Positions 39,219 to 52,227 of a DNA stretch of 64,000 nucleotides are shown here, one piece after another. Position numbers and translations under genes: made by a program. Origin of the DNA: Callorhinchus milii (Eukaryota); assembly GCF_018977255.1 (NCBI RefSeq), contig NW_024704751.1, positions 16,244,001 through 16,308,000 on the forward strand, given 5' to 3'. A model generated the notes under the pieces. It saw only the letters and a program-made list of their open reading frames with translations, searched no databases and had not been told where the DNA came from. The first letter of the stretch is position 1. Every line of letters starts with the position of its first letter.

Positions 39219-40811
39219 TCCCTCCCCTCCACCCTCCCCCACCCCTCCAATCTCACATTAACTGACCATCGTTGTACAACTTCTTTCGGACAATGCTGTC
39301 AGTCTCCTGGCTCCTTAACAGGATATATCTGCAATAATAATGATCCTTGTATTTGAGACAGTGCCTTATCATGAATTCGAAACGTCTCAAAGTGCTTCAC
39401 AGAATAGACTGTAAAGTGAATTGACTGCCTATTTTGTGAGCCAAATGTGACAACCAATTGCTCACAGCAGTGTCCCATAAAGAGTTGTGAGTGATCAGAT
39501 TATTATTATTATTTTATGTCCAGAGCAGGTCCCAGGGCTGTCAGCGGCCACCTGCCAGCATGGTTTGTGCGAAGGAATATTTTCATCATATCTCAGTCGC
39601 TGCAGTCTGCAGAATGTTTCCCTGAGTTATTACCTTCCCTCACACTTCCACCAGCGGCTCTTAAATTAGCCCATGGTCTCAGTTACTGCCACAGCCGACA
39701 GCTGGCGTAATTCAACAAATCCAGCCCGGCTGTAAATACCCCAAACCTATCACATACCCTCTCCTCGTCCTGCTCCCCACTAGCTGTACAGTCACCACCG
39801 ATCGATCCTTGCACACTCACACACCCCTCAGACCCCCACTTCTCCCCTGCACTCATCCCCCTCCCAACCCCCTTGCACACTAATCCCCCCCCACTCTCTA
39901 CACACTCACACATACATGCTCCCTGCACATTCACACCCCCACCCACCCACGAGCTGCACACTCACACACATGCGCTCCCTGCACACACTCGCACGCCTTC
40001 AGGTCTACTTTAACCATGCTCCAACTCGGGGACCAGAGCCCTGAAAATCCAAACAGTCTTAGCCTGTCAGACCATTTTATCTTAAGATTCAAGATCACCC
40101 ACGATCCACTCTGCATTTCTTTAAATAAAGACCCTGTCCAGGTCAGCGACAGCTTGGTTTGGGACAGAGTAAAGCTCCCTCTTGGCACAGTCTGTCCAGC
40201 ACTCCCGTCCCAGGCCAGTGAGAACACAGGTTCACTGTGACAGACAGAGAACAGCAAGTGATATAGCCTGTTGATGTCCATTCACATCTCTGAACTCCCC
40301 CCCGCCCTCTCTTGTCATAACAACTGGTGTCCTGTTTACACATTGCTTGGAACTGGGGAGTAGATGGCGCGGGGGGGGTGGGGGGGGGGGTGGGGGGGGA
40401 GATGATCCAGAATATTGCATCTGAATGACAGTAGCCGTACAAACATATTTGAGCTGAGAGATGGGAAGCGAAACTGACAAAGGAAGTGAGTTGGCGGGAG
40501 GCGAGAGTGTAAGCCCAGTTCCTTAGGGAATATGACAGAACATTTTTTTATCGTGTAAAGAAGACTTGTGCCTTTTTTCAGTTGAGTTACTGCTGCTTGG
40601 CCCATCTCACCAGTCAGAGCGGCAACTGTTCTACCCCACGTAGAGCCTGGCTCTGACACCCCCTCTTCCACTGGAATAGAATTTACAACTTACAAGTTAC
40701 ATCTGTCACTGGAACAAAACAGGAAGAACTTTACTCTGTAAAGTTTACTCTTTACTCTGTGTGGATGGACAGGGTGGAGGCAGCTTTACTCTGTCTCTAA
40801 TGCATAATTGT

Positions 40812-41136
40812 GGAGTCCTGTAGCTCAGTGGTTAGAGCACTCGCTTTGCAAGTGAGAGACCTGAGTTCAATTCCAGGCAGAGGGCGAAACCTTGGGCAAG
40901 TTTTCTTACTCCACACACCTAATAATAATCCCTCCAAAACCAAAAACAATAATAAATTGGTCATTTTCAATCTACGACTGTTTGTGGGACATTGCTGTGC
41001 GCAATTGGCTGCCGCGTTCGCCCACAAATATACAGTCAATCACTTTACAGTGTGTTCTGTGAAGCGCTTTGGGACGTCCTCCCGACGTGAAAGCGCTATA
41101 TTAAATGCAAGGATTATTATTATTATTATTATTATA
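40812..41136 (+). mobile_element. Full-length young tRNA-derived SINE (reference copy)
   Basis: A-box TAGCTCAGTGG, anticodon-like loop TTTGCAA, B-box GAGTTCAATTC, body, L2-like tail and (TTA)n. Confidence 0.93.
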
Positions 41137-42469
41137 ATGTCACTGACTTGGGAGTGTAGATGGATAGTGGAGAGGAAGTTTACTCTGCCTCTAACCCATG
41201 CTGCCTCTAACCTGTTGTATAACGTATCTGGGCACTCAGAGAACTGGAAATCAACAAGCAATCACATGGTTTAACACAAGTTAATTTCAATCTACAATGG
41301 GGCGACATGAGTGATGTGGGTCAGCACGGCTCATCAAGTGACACCCACACGAGGATGAGCAGGTGATCGGGTTGCTGAGAGCCGCTCTGTCAACAAAGAA
41401 TAATTTAAAGGTCAGTTACGTCATTTTCAATTTTTCGAGTAACTCTTTGACATCATTCACACAAAAAATATCCATCCCAATGTATTTGCTCACTACAAAA
41501 TACAGCAAAACTATGATATTATCCCAAACTTTTAAAACAATTGATTTGTGATGGATTTATACATTATATAGTGCTTTTCATTGAGGGCATCTACAATTCC
41601 ATCTGCACATGTGTTTGCATACGGTTTTGCACATAATGCTCAAATCTCCTTCAAAGTTTTGAATTCCTTAATAAAAGTGTAGAATTCCTTCAAAAAAATA
41701 AAAACATTGGTCACTCAATCCTCGACTGTGTGTGGGACACTGCTGTGCGCAATTGGTTTTCACATTTCACCCACAATATATACAGTCAATTCACTTTACA
41801 GTATATTCTGTGAAGCGCTTTGAGACATCTAGAAGACTTGATGAGGTGCTATATCAAATGCAAAGATTATTATTATAATCAAAACATCTGCATGGTCTTT
41901 TCCAACAGTTAAACATGTTAAAGGATTGCACTTGAAAACATTTCTTCCAACCTCCCCAGTAATATCTCTGATGTTATGTTACAGATTCGCCAACTGGAGG
42001 GAATTGTTTTTCGCCTTCTATTCCCTGGAAATGTTTAGGATTTTCAAGCTCTCTGTTACATCCAGTCGTAAATTCCTGTGTTCTAGTGAAAACAGAGCCA
42101 CTTTTCACAAACCAGCTTTCTCATAAATACATTTTTTGCCTACAAAATACTCGGTAAACTCACTTTACACTATATTCTGTGAAGCGTTTTAAAACATCTC
42201 AATGACATGACAAGATTCTGTATCAAATGCAAGAATTATTATTATAACCTCATTCCAGGCATCAGCACCATCTGCATGGCACAAAATGGGGCGTATATAA
42301 CATGTAGGTTGTACAGTATATATACTTTATATAAAGCCTTTTTATGGACTCTCCTATATGTGCCTCAAACTTTAGAGATCAATGTGTTCTTTACATTAAT
42401 CAAAAATCTGGACTGTGATTTCCTTACCTAACACTGGTCATTTGATCTGGCTGTTGTCAATGACTGCCT

Positions 42470-42715
42470 CGGACACCGTGTTCTGGTTGAAGACGCCTCT
42501 GTTTACGTTGACAAAATGGGTCACTGGTTTGGAGATTGGTTATTATTATTAATTTGGTTCTTGGAAGGCTTGTATTTTGGTTTTGTTTTTTACCGTGTGA
42601 CTGTGTCCCAGGTCCGTGTGTTCCTGGTGTCACATTTCAGGTTACTAATATGGGGAGAGGTATGTCGGGAACGCCACATCCCACCCGGCACATGACCCGG
42701 GAACTCTTTATAAAA
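42470..42715 (+). promoter_or_regulatory. TRIM63 proximal promoter: GRE, FOXO site, M-box and TATA
   Basis: CGGACAccgTGTTCT at 42470-42484, TGTTTAC at 42500-42506, CACATGAC at 42689-42696, TATAAAA at 42709-42715. Confidence 0.7.
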
Positions 42716-42908
42716 GGAGAGCAGAGCCTCCTCTCTGCAGACATCGAACAGAACACAAGACCTTTTCTTATCGTCAGACGACTTTGACTAACCTGCTCTA
42801 AAGGAGGGAAAAGGATTGGTTACATCGCGAAAAGCAGTCAATAGAGACCGACCGGAGAGAAGTTGAACAACTCACCAGGATCCCTGTCTGTCCCGTTTAT
42901 TCATTAAC

Positions 42909-45900
42909 ATGGATTTCCAGTCTGAGAGTATAATCCCGGAGGCCAGCACCATGGACACTCTGGAGAAGCAACTCATCTGCCCAATTTGTCTCGAAATGTT
43001 TGAAAAACCGGTGGTGATCCTGCCGTGCCAACACAACCTGTGCCGCAAATGTGCCAATGACATTTTCCAGGTCAGTGCCAGCAACGTTTAGATTTTTTTG
43101 ATTGCAAGAAAATTTCTTCCTGTGAATTCACATTCTAATGACCTTGACATCAATACGGTTGTAAAATGTGAAATGGGAAAATGTGCTCGTTTTCGGATGC
43201 TTGCTGTTGAGTGGTTTGCGGTTGTGACCTTGGTTTTGGGGACTTCTGTCTAGATGTCTAGATGTAGAGGTGGGACTAATGTTGTTCTCTGTCTTGCTCT
43301 CCAGGCTGCCAACTCGTACTGGCAGTCGCGGAGCTCCTCCATATCGGGAGGAAGGTTCCGGTGCCCATCTTGTCGGCACGAGGTCATCCTGGATCGGCAC
43401 GGAGTGTATGGGCTGCAGCGGAATCTTCTGGTAGAAAACATCATCGACATCTACAAAGAGGAGTGCACCAGGTCAGCATCAGCTTGGTTACCATCCCTGT
43501 CCGTTTAGCAATAAGAATAATAACCCTTGCATTTGTTACAGCGCTTTATCACACCATTGAGACAAATCAAATCTCTTCACAGAATATACCGTAAAGCGGA
43601 TTGACTGTATATATCAAGGGAAACACCTTTCACTGTTGTGGGGGGGTGGGGGAGGTGGTGATGGGGGAGGAGGAGATCAGGCCAGATATGGGTTTGTCGC
43701 CTGTCGCTTGATGCATTATCCACACATTCCATTGCAATTTGATCACCGTGAAGGTCTGGCACATGCTTTACATAGACACTGTGCCCTTTTGAACACCCTT
43801 ACTGTAATGGGCACGGGCCCCAAACACAGCCAGGCGGACGGCAATGAGGTTTTCACTTGTGCCAACGCCAGATTAATGTCAGAGAAACTCAGGCTACATT
43901 TGTCACTAATTCCTCCTCAGATGAACACGATCTAACATAGCCCAGGGCAACCAAAAGCCAAGTGATCAACATTGATTTGATAAACAACAACAACAACAAA
44001 TTACACTAGTATAGCGCCTTTCAGTTGGAAAGACGTGAAAGTAGTGAACGTCAAAGAAAATTCAGATATATTTTATCACTCTGCAATTTTTGTTAAGATA
44101 AATATTTGATAGACTTTATACAAAATTTTACACATAATTTACTCCGAGATGCGCTGGAGGCAAATGTCTTCCTTTAAAACCTCACCAAAACAGCTTTTAT
44201 ACAGCGTCAGGGGAGCTGCCCAATGCCTGTTGAGATGTTCTCTAAACAGATTTGATGTGAAAATTATTTTGAAAAGTGTTTTTTTTGGGGGGTATCCTTC
44301 AGGCCCGTGAAGAAGAGGGGAAAGCAGCTGATGTGTGAGAAACACGAGGACGAGAAGATTAACATTTACTGTGTGACCTGCCAGACCCCCACCTGTTCCA
44401 TGTGCAAGGTCTTCGGGGCTCACAAGGATTGCGAGGTGGCCCCTTTGCAGAATGTATTTGAACGACAGAAGGTAAAGATCAGGCGGGCAGTGGGGGTGTG
44501 GGGGAGAGAGGGCAGGGAAGGTGGGTGGGGAGGGAGAGTGGGAGTAGGGAGGGGGTGAAGGGAGGGCTGAAGGAGGTGAGAATAACCTTCCTGCTGAAGC
44601 TGCTGATCTCTGGGCTAATTTTAGCCACTGGGCTGTAGCACGATAACAGCTGTGCTGCTGGCCTGGGCTCCAGTCAACAAAACTGGGGAAAACCATGTGA
44701 ACCATACCATCGCCATCTGCTCCAGTCTCCTGACCATGTGTAACTTCACACACAGGGACATCTGCCCTGAAGTGACAAAATACATTGATATTTATAGTGT
44801 TTACCAGGATAGAGCTGTTGTTAAAAGTCTGATATGAAGAAAATTGCCCTCGTGATTCAGTTGTTAAGATAAGGGTCCCGGCTGGCACTCAATGTCTCGG
44901 CTCGCACATGGGAGGAACAATTTGTGAAAGTTAACGTGTGATCAGCCATGTGACATGCATTTTCTTGCCTCCTGTCGGACAGGTGGAGCTGACCGATTGT
45001 ATCGCCATATTGGTGGCTGGAAACGACAGAGTCCAGTTGGTCATCAGCCAGTTAGAAGAGTCGTGCAAGTCCATCGAGGTAGGAACAACCGGCAGCCAGG
45101 AGAGAGCTGAGCCCAGCTCCCCAAATAGCCGCAGACACTCTCCACCCCCCCACTCCCTTCCCCTACACACATCACAGCTCAACTACACAACTCCTTATTA
45201 GTGGTGTGCACTCGTTCCTGCTTCTCCAGCTCTATTCCTGAACAGTGACACAACGCTGAAAGAAATTCCAGCATTTAGGAATATGCGGCCGCTCTATTTT
45301 TCCTCCTGAAGGTGGGAATGGCTACGGTCTGCATTTGGGGGTGCTCCACATTGAAGGCTTTTCTCCATGTTATTTTTCAGGAGAACAGCAAATACCAGAA
45401 ACAATCGCTTGCTGAACAGTTTGACACCCTCTACGCCATCCTGGAGCAAAAGAGGCAGGACCTGCTGCAAAGCATCACCAAAGAGCAAGAAGCCAAAGTC
45501 GACCATGTAAAGGGTCTGATCAGCCAATACAAGGCACACCTTGAGGGGTCCTCCAAACTGGTGGAAAATGCCATTCAATCCGTGGAGGAAGCAGGAGTGG
45601 CCACTTTCCTGATCGTAAGTCGTGCAAGACACATGCAAGAGCTGTTAGTCAAGTGTAACGTAAGCAACCACAACATATGTGTGTTACAAGAAGTAACACA
45701 CGGTGTGTTATTATACAGAGGACATCCCCGTCATAATGCAGTCACCTGGGTGCAATATTCCAGGACGCTGTGTTATAACGAAGTGGGGAAGCAATGGCCA
45801 ACTTCCTGGTCGCTTCTGACGAAACTTCCTGCATTTATGTCAGCGGTACTTCCTACACAAATCACAACAAGGGGCCACCTGGTTCTGCCTCCAGTGCTCT

Positions 45901-48055
45901 GGGGTTTGGTGCTGGGTGTGGTTTCCGGTGCAGACACCTACAGAGTTACTGATGTCAGGACAGGTCAGACGTGAAAAGCGCTGTATCAAATGCAAGGATT
46001 ATTGTTATTATTATTATTAAACCAGTAGCTGGAATTACAACAGTAGCTTTTGGTTTAACGTATGAAGCACCTTGTACACAACCGCTACGAAATCTCAAAA
46101 CATTCCCCTTTATACCCCAGGATCTTACTGCAGATTGCAAGGATATAAAGTGGCCAGTTACAGTCATTAATCCTGCAGTCAGGGAATCGATGCCAAGTAA
46201 CTGAGCTGCCACTCGTATCCCTGCGTATTGCACCGTGTTCACTGCCAGCCCGAGATTAAATCACTTCTTGGTGATGCATTGTCTTTCATGGTCATAAATC
46301 AACGCTTTAATCAAATTGTCCTTTTCTTTCACAGAATTCAAAGATGCTGATCAAAAAGTGAGTATCAACAGCAATTGGGTATCAATAAAGGGTTCAGACT
46401 GAATTGTGACTGTGGATTCCACCCCCCCCCCCACCCCCAGCATTATCAGCCCCTTGTTATGGTTTCAAGTGGGGGGGTGGCGGGGTGGCAGCCAGTTTGT
46501 TCAGATTGTGCAGTTTATTAACAAAAGTGGTGCAACAAGGAGATGAACAAGTTCCTGACACTGAAAGTGGTTCGGTGTTTAGGAATTGTATGGGGCAGAG
46601 GAGGGTCACTGCCTGAAACTCCCCCAACAGCTGGAGTTTAATGAATGAACTGCCTGCAGTCAACAACAACAACAAATTACACTTGTATAGCGGCTTTCAC
46701 GTCGAGAGGACGTCCCAAGGCGCTGGGAGATGGGACAGAGAGTGTGAGGGACAGAGAGTGTTAGAGATATGAAGTGTGAGGGACAGAGAGTGTGGGGACA
46801 GAGAGTGTGGGGACAGAGAGTGTGGGGACGGAGAGTGTGAGGGACAGAGAGTGTTAGAGATATGGAGTGTGAGGGACCAAGATGCCAACGCTTAGACAGT
46901 AAAAAGGGCTCTTCGCTGCCAGCAACGCAGGTGGTGGATCTGAGGGTTTATACATAAGCTGACCTGAAACACTTTCTTCACCTCTTTATTCAGGATGATG
47001 GAGGCATCTAAAGCTTCTCACATACAAAGAACGGAGGTGGGCTTTGAGAACATGGAGGAGTTCACAGTTAGTGTGGAGCAGGTAGAGGAGGTGCTGCAAA
47101 ATCTTCAGTTTGGATCAGGTATGTAGAGCGCACAGCCTGGAGCCTGGGTTTCAACTCAGTGACTCACAGAGATTGGATGTGTCCTCAGCCCACAGTGTAA
47201 AACTCTCCATTCAGTACACGTGGAGTTCGCTCAGTGTGACTAATTCAGGGATGGGAAGGTTAGCTTGCCCACAGTGGGAGACGATGATAATAAACCTTAT
47301 CATTTTAACCCTGATCTCACATCTCATCCAAAGGACGATATCTGTGACAATGCAGCTTCCTCTACACAGTCTCCCCCAGCCCCAAAGCCGCTCGCTAACA
47401 TCAGGAGGACGTCCCAAGGGGCTGGATAGTCAGGAATCTGCACCCAAGCTGGTGGTTGGGATTAGGAGGGGTGGAGGGCGGGGAGGGTAGGGGTGGGTGA
47501 TTAGTTGGTAGGAGGGTGCTAGAAGGCATAGAATATACTATAAAGTGAATTGACTATATTTTGTGGGCAAAAATAAGTACTCCTAAAGCCAGCTTAGGGA
47601 CACAGGATGAAAAAGCACATTAAATATTCCAGTAGCAAAAGTGAGTAACAGTTCTGAACATTTCAACTTTCAGATTATGATGATGAAGATGAAGAGTTGG
47701 AAGAAGAGATAAAGGAAGAGGCTGAAGAGGAGGAAATTCAAACTGATGGTGAGAGAGAGACCTATACAAATATATGTTCACAATGTATACAAAATATACA
47801 TTCACCCAGCACTACACACATGGATATATATGATATGTACACAGTATATTATACCTTCACCCACAAAATACAGTCAGTTCACTTTACAATACATTCTGCC
47901 AAGACGTCTCAACTTTGAAACATCTCAACAATGTGATAATGAGCTATATCAAATGCAAGGATTATTATTATACATACCCCCAACAGCGCACACACAGACT
48001 GACTCAGCCTAGTTACCTTGTTCTTCTCACAATGCCGCCTGCAGGCCAGCAATAA
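42909..48055 (+). CDS. TRIM63: E3 ubiquitin ligase TRIM63/MuRF1 (353 aa, 9 exons)
   Basis: Exons 42909-43070, 43305-43471, 44303-44471, 44983-45078, 45381-45614, 46335-46357, 46994-47118, 47674-47748 and 48045-48055. RING ([25 protein letters not shown]), MFC, B-box2, coiled coil and an acidic tail ending GQQ* are present. The short C-terminus and the EXTL1 neighbour favour TRIM63 over TRIM54/55. Confidence 0.93.
46731..46878. repeat. Minisatellite (GGGACAGAGAGTGTGR, ~16 bp) embedded in an L2 3' remnant
   Basis: Direct reading. Confidence 0.85.
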
Positions 48056-48594
48056 GATTGAAGTGACAGGAGAACCCAGATGAAGACTTGGTGACCACTA
48101 GAGACAAAGCACGTCTGGTTTTCCATTTGGATCAGCTTCCCTGGAGGTCCCGGACGAGGTCATGAATGATGCTGTATTTTGATGTGTTGTTAGTTGATAA
48201 AAAACACTTTAAAAAAAAATCAATTTTTTTTTATATGGTGCAAAATGGATCATTTTGTACTTTTTCTACACTATTTTTGTATATAATGCAAAGAAGTGAA
48301 TATTGATTGTACTTCTGTAAAAAAAAAATCAATGTGCATTTTAGGAGCCAAATGAGATCAAGTTATCCTTTGCTGTAGTTTACGATGTTTGATAAGACCT
48401 CTGTAGTGTTATTTAGCTCGTGAACAAAGGGAATTTGTTCAGCAGCACTGAACCTTACAAACCCAGCAAGTTAGTGGAGTAAGTCAGCGATGAGATCTAC
48501 AGATTTTATAATGAGTCACAGATTGTATGTATCTTTAGACTTCACATTGGTATTTTGTACAGACTCTTGTATGTGGCTGCTATTATTTCACACA

Positions 48595-48600
48595 AATAAA
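48595..48600 (+). terminator. Probable TRIM63 poly(A) signal AATAAA
   Basis: About 540 nt after the stop, followed by a GT/T-rich element. Confidence 0.6.
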
Positions 48601-48685
48601 CTTATTTAATATACTCAGGTGTATTTTTTTTTACTGAACTCTGGCACAGATCAGGTGAGGAGGCAGCCGGCTAGGGGTGGGTGAC

Positions 48686-48945
48686 TGGGGCCTGGCTGGC
48701 AATAGGTGAGTGGAGCCTGGCTGGCAATAGGTGAGTGGAGCCTGGCTGGCAATAGGTGAGTGGAGGTGGGTTGGCAATGGGTGAGTGGAGCCTGGCTGGC
48801 AGTAGGTGAGTGGAGCCTGGCTGGCAGTAGGTGAGTGGAGCCTGGCTGGCAGTAGGTGAGTGGAGCCTGGCTGGCAGTAAGTGAGTGGACCTGGCTGGCA
48901 ATGGGTGAGTGTAGGTGGGTTGGCAATAGGTGAGTGGAGCCTGAC
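48686..48945. repeat. 25-bp minisatellite (GGTGAGTGGAGCCTGGCTGGCARTA), ~10 copies
   Basis: Period 25 read directly (e.g. 48705 and 48730). Confidence 0.93.
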
Positions 48946-50339
48946 TGGGAGTACTGGCTCTCACATCGCCATCGGTGAGTAGCACACAGCCTGAGAGTGC
49001 TTCTCATCCCATGAGCTCCAAAGGTACCACCACCGGCTCTAACATTTGGACATTCCTTTAATTTGCTTTTTCACACAATTGGCACTGGAATCCCAGAGTT
49101 ACCGCATAGGAGGCTATTCAGCTCCTCAGACCTATGCCAACCTTTGAAAGAGTTTTCCATTCTCATTCTCCCACTTTCAGATTTTTCTTTTTCAAATATT
49201 TAGTACAATCCCTTTTAAAAACTGTTACAGGTTCTGTTCAAAGCATAGGATACCGTTGAGATTCTGGTTCAGTTTAACATGGGTGGGGGCGGGGGTGGAG
49301 TGTGATCTGGAATGATATATAAAGTCAATTTATTAACAATGTATTTTACATTGCATTTTAAGGTTCACACAACAACAGTCAGGGCCGGGCTGTGGGACAC
49401 TGATCTTTTAGCTCGAGTGATCTCTTTTGCTGTACGTTTACATCGGTGCTACTGATCGCAGTCTGATGGGTCCCTGAATTAATACAGTAATGCTGCCATT
49501 TTGCAGTGTGGGGTTTGAAATTGCACAAAGGATGCAGATACCACATCGCACCACTCAGTGGCACCTCTGGGCTGCTACCAGTCTTAGTGCTAAGGTATAA
49601 AGAGGTACTGCAGTTTTATTATATAATGTTTTGATACAATATAAATACAACAACTTGCATTTCTATAGTACCCTTCACGTGGGTGCATCTCAGAGCCGGA
49701 AAGAGAGGAGAGGTAACTGAAGGCACGGTTGGAGGGTCTTCAGGTGTAGGGGAGGGGGCTGGAAGCACGGTCACCAATGGTGGAACGGAGGGGATGCGGA
49801 GCCTGGTACTGGTGAGGACACGTGAGTTACAGTTTTATATTATTTGTATCTTGTTTATAGCAATTGGCTGCTGCGTTTCACCCACAAAATATACAGTCAA
49901 TTCACTTTACAGTACACTCTGTGAAGCAATTTGAGACGTCTCAATGACGTGATAAGGCACTATATCAAACCAAGGATTGGTATTATTCATATTATTCATC
50001 CCACCGGCTCTGTGGTCTGACCGGAGTTTGTCTAGAGCAGCATTTCCTTGCTCTCAGTTACCTGACGTGGTGAAGCCTGGTTTACCATTGCTCTGTCATC
50101 GCTTCCCGCACATGTGAACCGTCTTTTAAATGACCCGCGTACTCGAAAAGCTCTCAAATTGGCCGAAATTCTCTCTCTCTCTCGCCCCTATTCCCCCCCC
50201 GGAACTGAACTGGGTCAGGAATCACAATCTGCCTTTTTTAAACCTCTTTAACCCAAGAACCTCCAAAGCCACAGTTCCCCCCCCCACTCCACCCCCCACA
50301 ACCCCCACCCAGAGTGACCTCCCGGTGCAGAGTTTGGCC

Positions 50340-50890
50340 CCAGAGTGGTGACAGCAGTTGCGCCCGTGAACAGCGCCGGAAAGAGGCCGCGATGTGAGAT
50401 TGCGCTACTCGAAGCGGATCGTTCGCCCCTTTTTTTTTGCACACAGAATCACTCTCTTTCCCCCCACCCCCCTCCCCCCAACACACACACCCCTCCCCCC
50501 CCCACACACACCCCCCCTTTTCACCCCCAGGAGCTCGGAAGTGATGTGAGAGTCTCCATGTCATTGGTTCCCTGATAACAAGACACTTCCTGTTCCAATA
50601 TTGAAAGTTTCTATTTTGCATAAAATAAAAGCTTTGGTGTGTGTGAGAGAGAGAGAGGAGAGAGAGAGAGAAAAAATCTGCAGTTTTTTTTAAAAAAAGA
50701 GGTAAAAAAGACTTTCTATTTTGCGCCGCCAGAGAATCTGCAGCAAACATCTGCTCTCCTTCCTGACCCGCGGGAGAGAACTTTCTGTGGCTTTTGTGCA
50801 GAGGAGTGACTCGGGTTTTTGCCGATTTGATGATCGCGTTTAAAATGCCCAAATAATGGTTGTAACTGTGTAACTGCGAGTGAGTGAGTG
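50340..50890 (+). promoter_or_regulatory. Probable promoter / non-coding first exon of the MED30-like gene
   Basis: CpG-enriched, ETS CGGAAGTG at ~50536, candidate donor CGA/GTGAGT at ~50880. The coding exon at 52887 begins with an acceptor, so an upstream exon is required. Confidence 0.55.
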
Positions 50891-50934
50891 AGTGAGTGGA
50901 TGGGGCGGGAGAGGGCGAGAGATACGTTGTGTCG

Positions 50935-51720
50935 CGGAGGGAGTGGGGGGCAGTGGGGGGGGAGAGGGGGAGTGGGGGCAGTGGGGGGGAGTGGACAGTG
51001 GGGCGGGGAGTGGGGGCAGTGGAGGGGAGTGTGGGCAGTGGGGGGGAGTGGGCAGTGGGGGGAGTGGGCAGTGTGGGGGAGTGTGGGGGGCAGTGGGGGC
51101 GAGTGTGGGGGAGTGTGGGGGCAGTGGGGGCGAGTGTGGGGGGGCGAGTGTGTGGGGGGGAGTGGGCAGTGGGTGGGAGTGTGGGGGGGAGTGGGGGCAG
51201 TGGGGGGGAGTGTGTGGGGGGAGTGGGCAGTGGGTGGGAGTGTGTGGGGGGAGTGGGCAGTGGGTGGGAGTGTGGGGGGAGTGGGGCAGTGGGGGGGAGT
51301 GTGTGGGGGGGAGTGGGGGCAGTGGGGGGAGTGTGTGGGGGGAGTGGGCAGTGGGGGGAACAGAAGGAGCAGCGCTACAATGTAGCGGAATGTTTGTTAC
51401 ATTGTGTCGCGTTTCAGCGCCTGAAAAACAAGACAAGTGCAGACCCCCTCCACACCCCCCCCCCACCCCATACACCCCCCCCCACACACACACCCTCCCC
51501 ATACACCCCCCCCACACCCCCCCCACCCCACACACACCCCCCCCCACACACACACCCTCCCCATACACCCCCCCACCCCCCCCCCCCACCCCCCCCCACT
51601 CCCCCCCACCCCACACACCCCCCCCACCCCCTTCCCCCCCCCACCACCCCCCCCACACCCCCTCCTCTTCCCACGGCGTGAGTCTGAACTCTTCCCTCCC
51701 CCCCCCCCCCCCACCCCCGG
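50935..51720. repeat. G-rich tract (50935-51360) followed by a C-rich tract (51445-51720), low complexity
   Basis: GGGGGCAGTGGGGGGAGT-type units, then CCCCCCCACAC-type units. Confidence 0.9.
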
Positions 51721-52227
51721 GGGGTAACTCGGATCCCTTCCCCTCCCGTCCAAACAGAGGTCGTTTCCCGTCCGCAGAGATAATCTGACGATCTCCTCTC
51801 TCTTTCCGCTGTGACCTCGGATCCGCCTTCATCTTTTCCACAAAACAAAGGTCTTTTAATTCTAATTTCTTAACAGGGATTTTAAGCAAAAAGGATTTAT
51901 TTTATTTTTTTTGTGTGTGCTGTCGCTGTCCTGAGTCGGTGATGCTGTGAAGACAGTCCCTGTTCTCTTGTGTTATTTTAAAGGTGATTTTTTTTTATCC
52001 CCAGAGTGAGAGCTCTCACAGTGTAGGAGGCAACGACCCGAAGCATCTTCAGAGCGAGAGTGAGGTACCAGTCCGCGCATTGGACACAGCTCTACATTGG
52101 GAAACGGTTCCCAATTGCTCTCAAGTGTAGTGACTGGCATTTACGGGTAAAGCAATGAAGTCCCGTGAAGTGAAGGTCCCAGTGAATTCGCTTTGGGACG
52201 TCCTCCCGACGTGAAAGGCGCTCTATC

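Noticed and set aside
40812-40885. tRNA-Ala(TGC)-like sequence (also at 4860-4930, 32055-32128 and 38495-38567; related head at 37955-38030)
   Set aside because: SINE heads: they continue into SINE body and tail and lack a proper acceptor stem.
46900-46930. AAAAAGGGCT resembling the U11 snRNA 5' end (RNU11 neighbours GMEB1 in human)
   Set aside because: Similarity stops after ~10 nt, with no U11 stems or Sm site; it lies in a LINE remnant.
48686-48945. Regularly spaced 25-bp repeats as a possible CRISPR array
   Set aside because: No unique spacers, vertebrate DNA, no cas genes.
50840-51889. Gly/Pro-rich ORFs up to 349 aa
   Set aside because: Low-complexity G/C tracts open in all frames.
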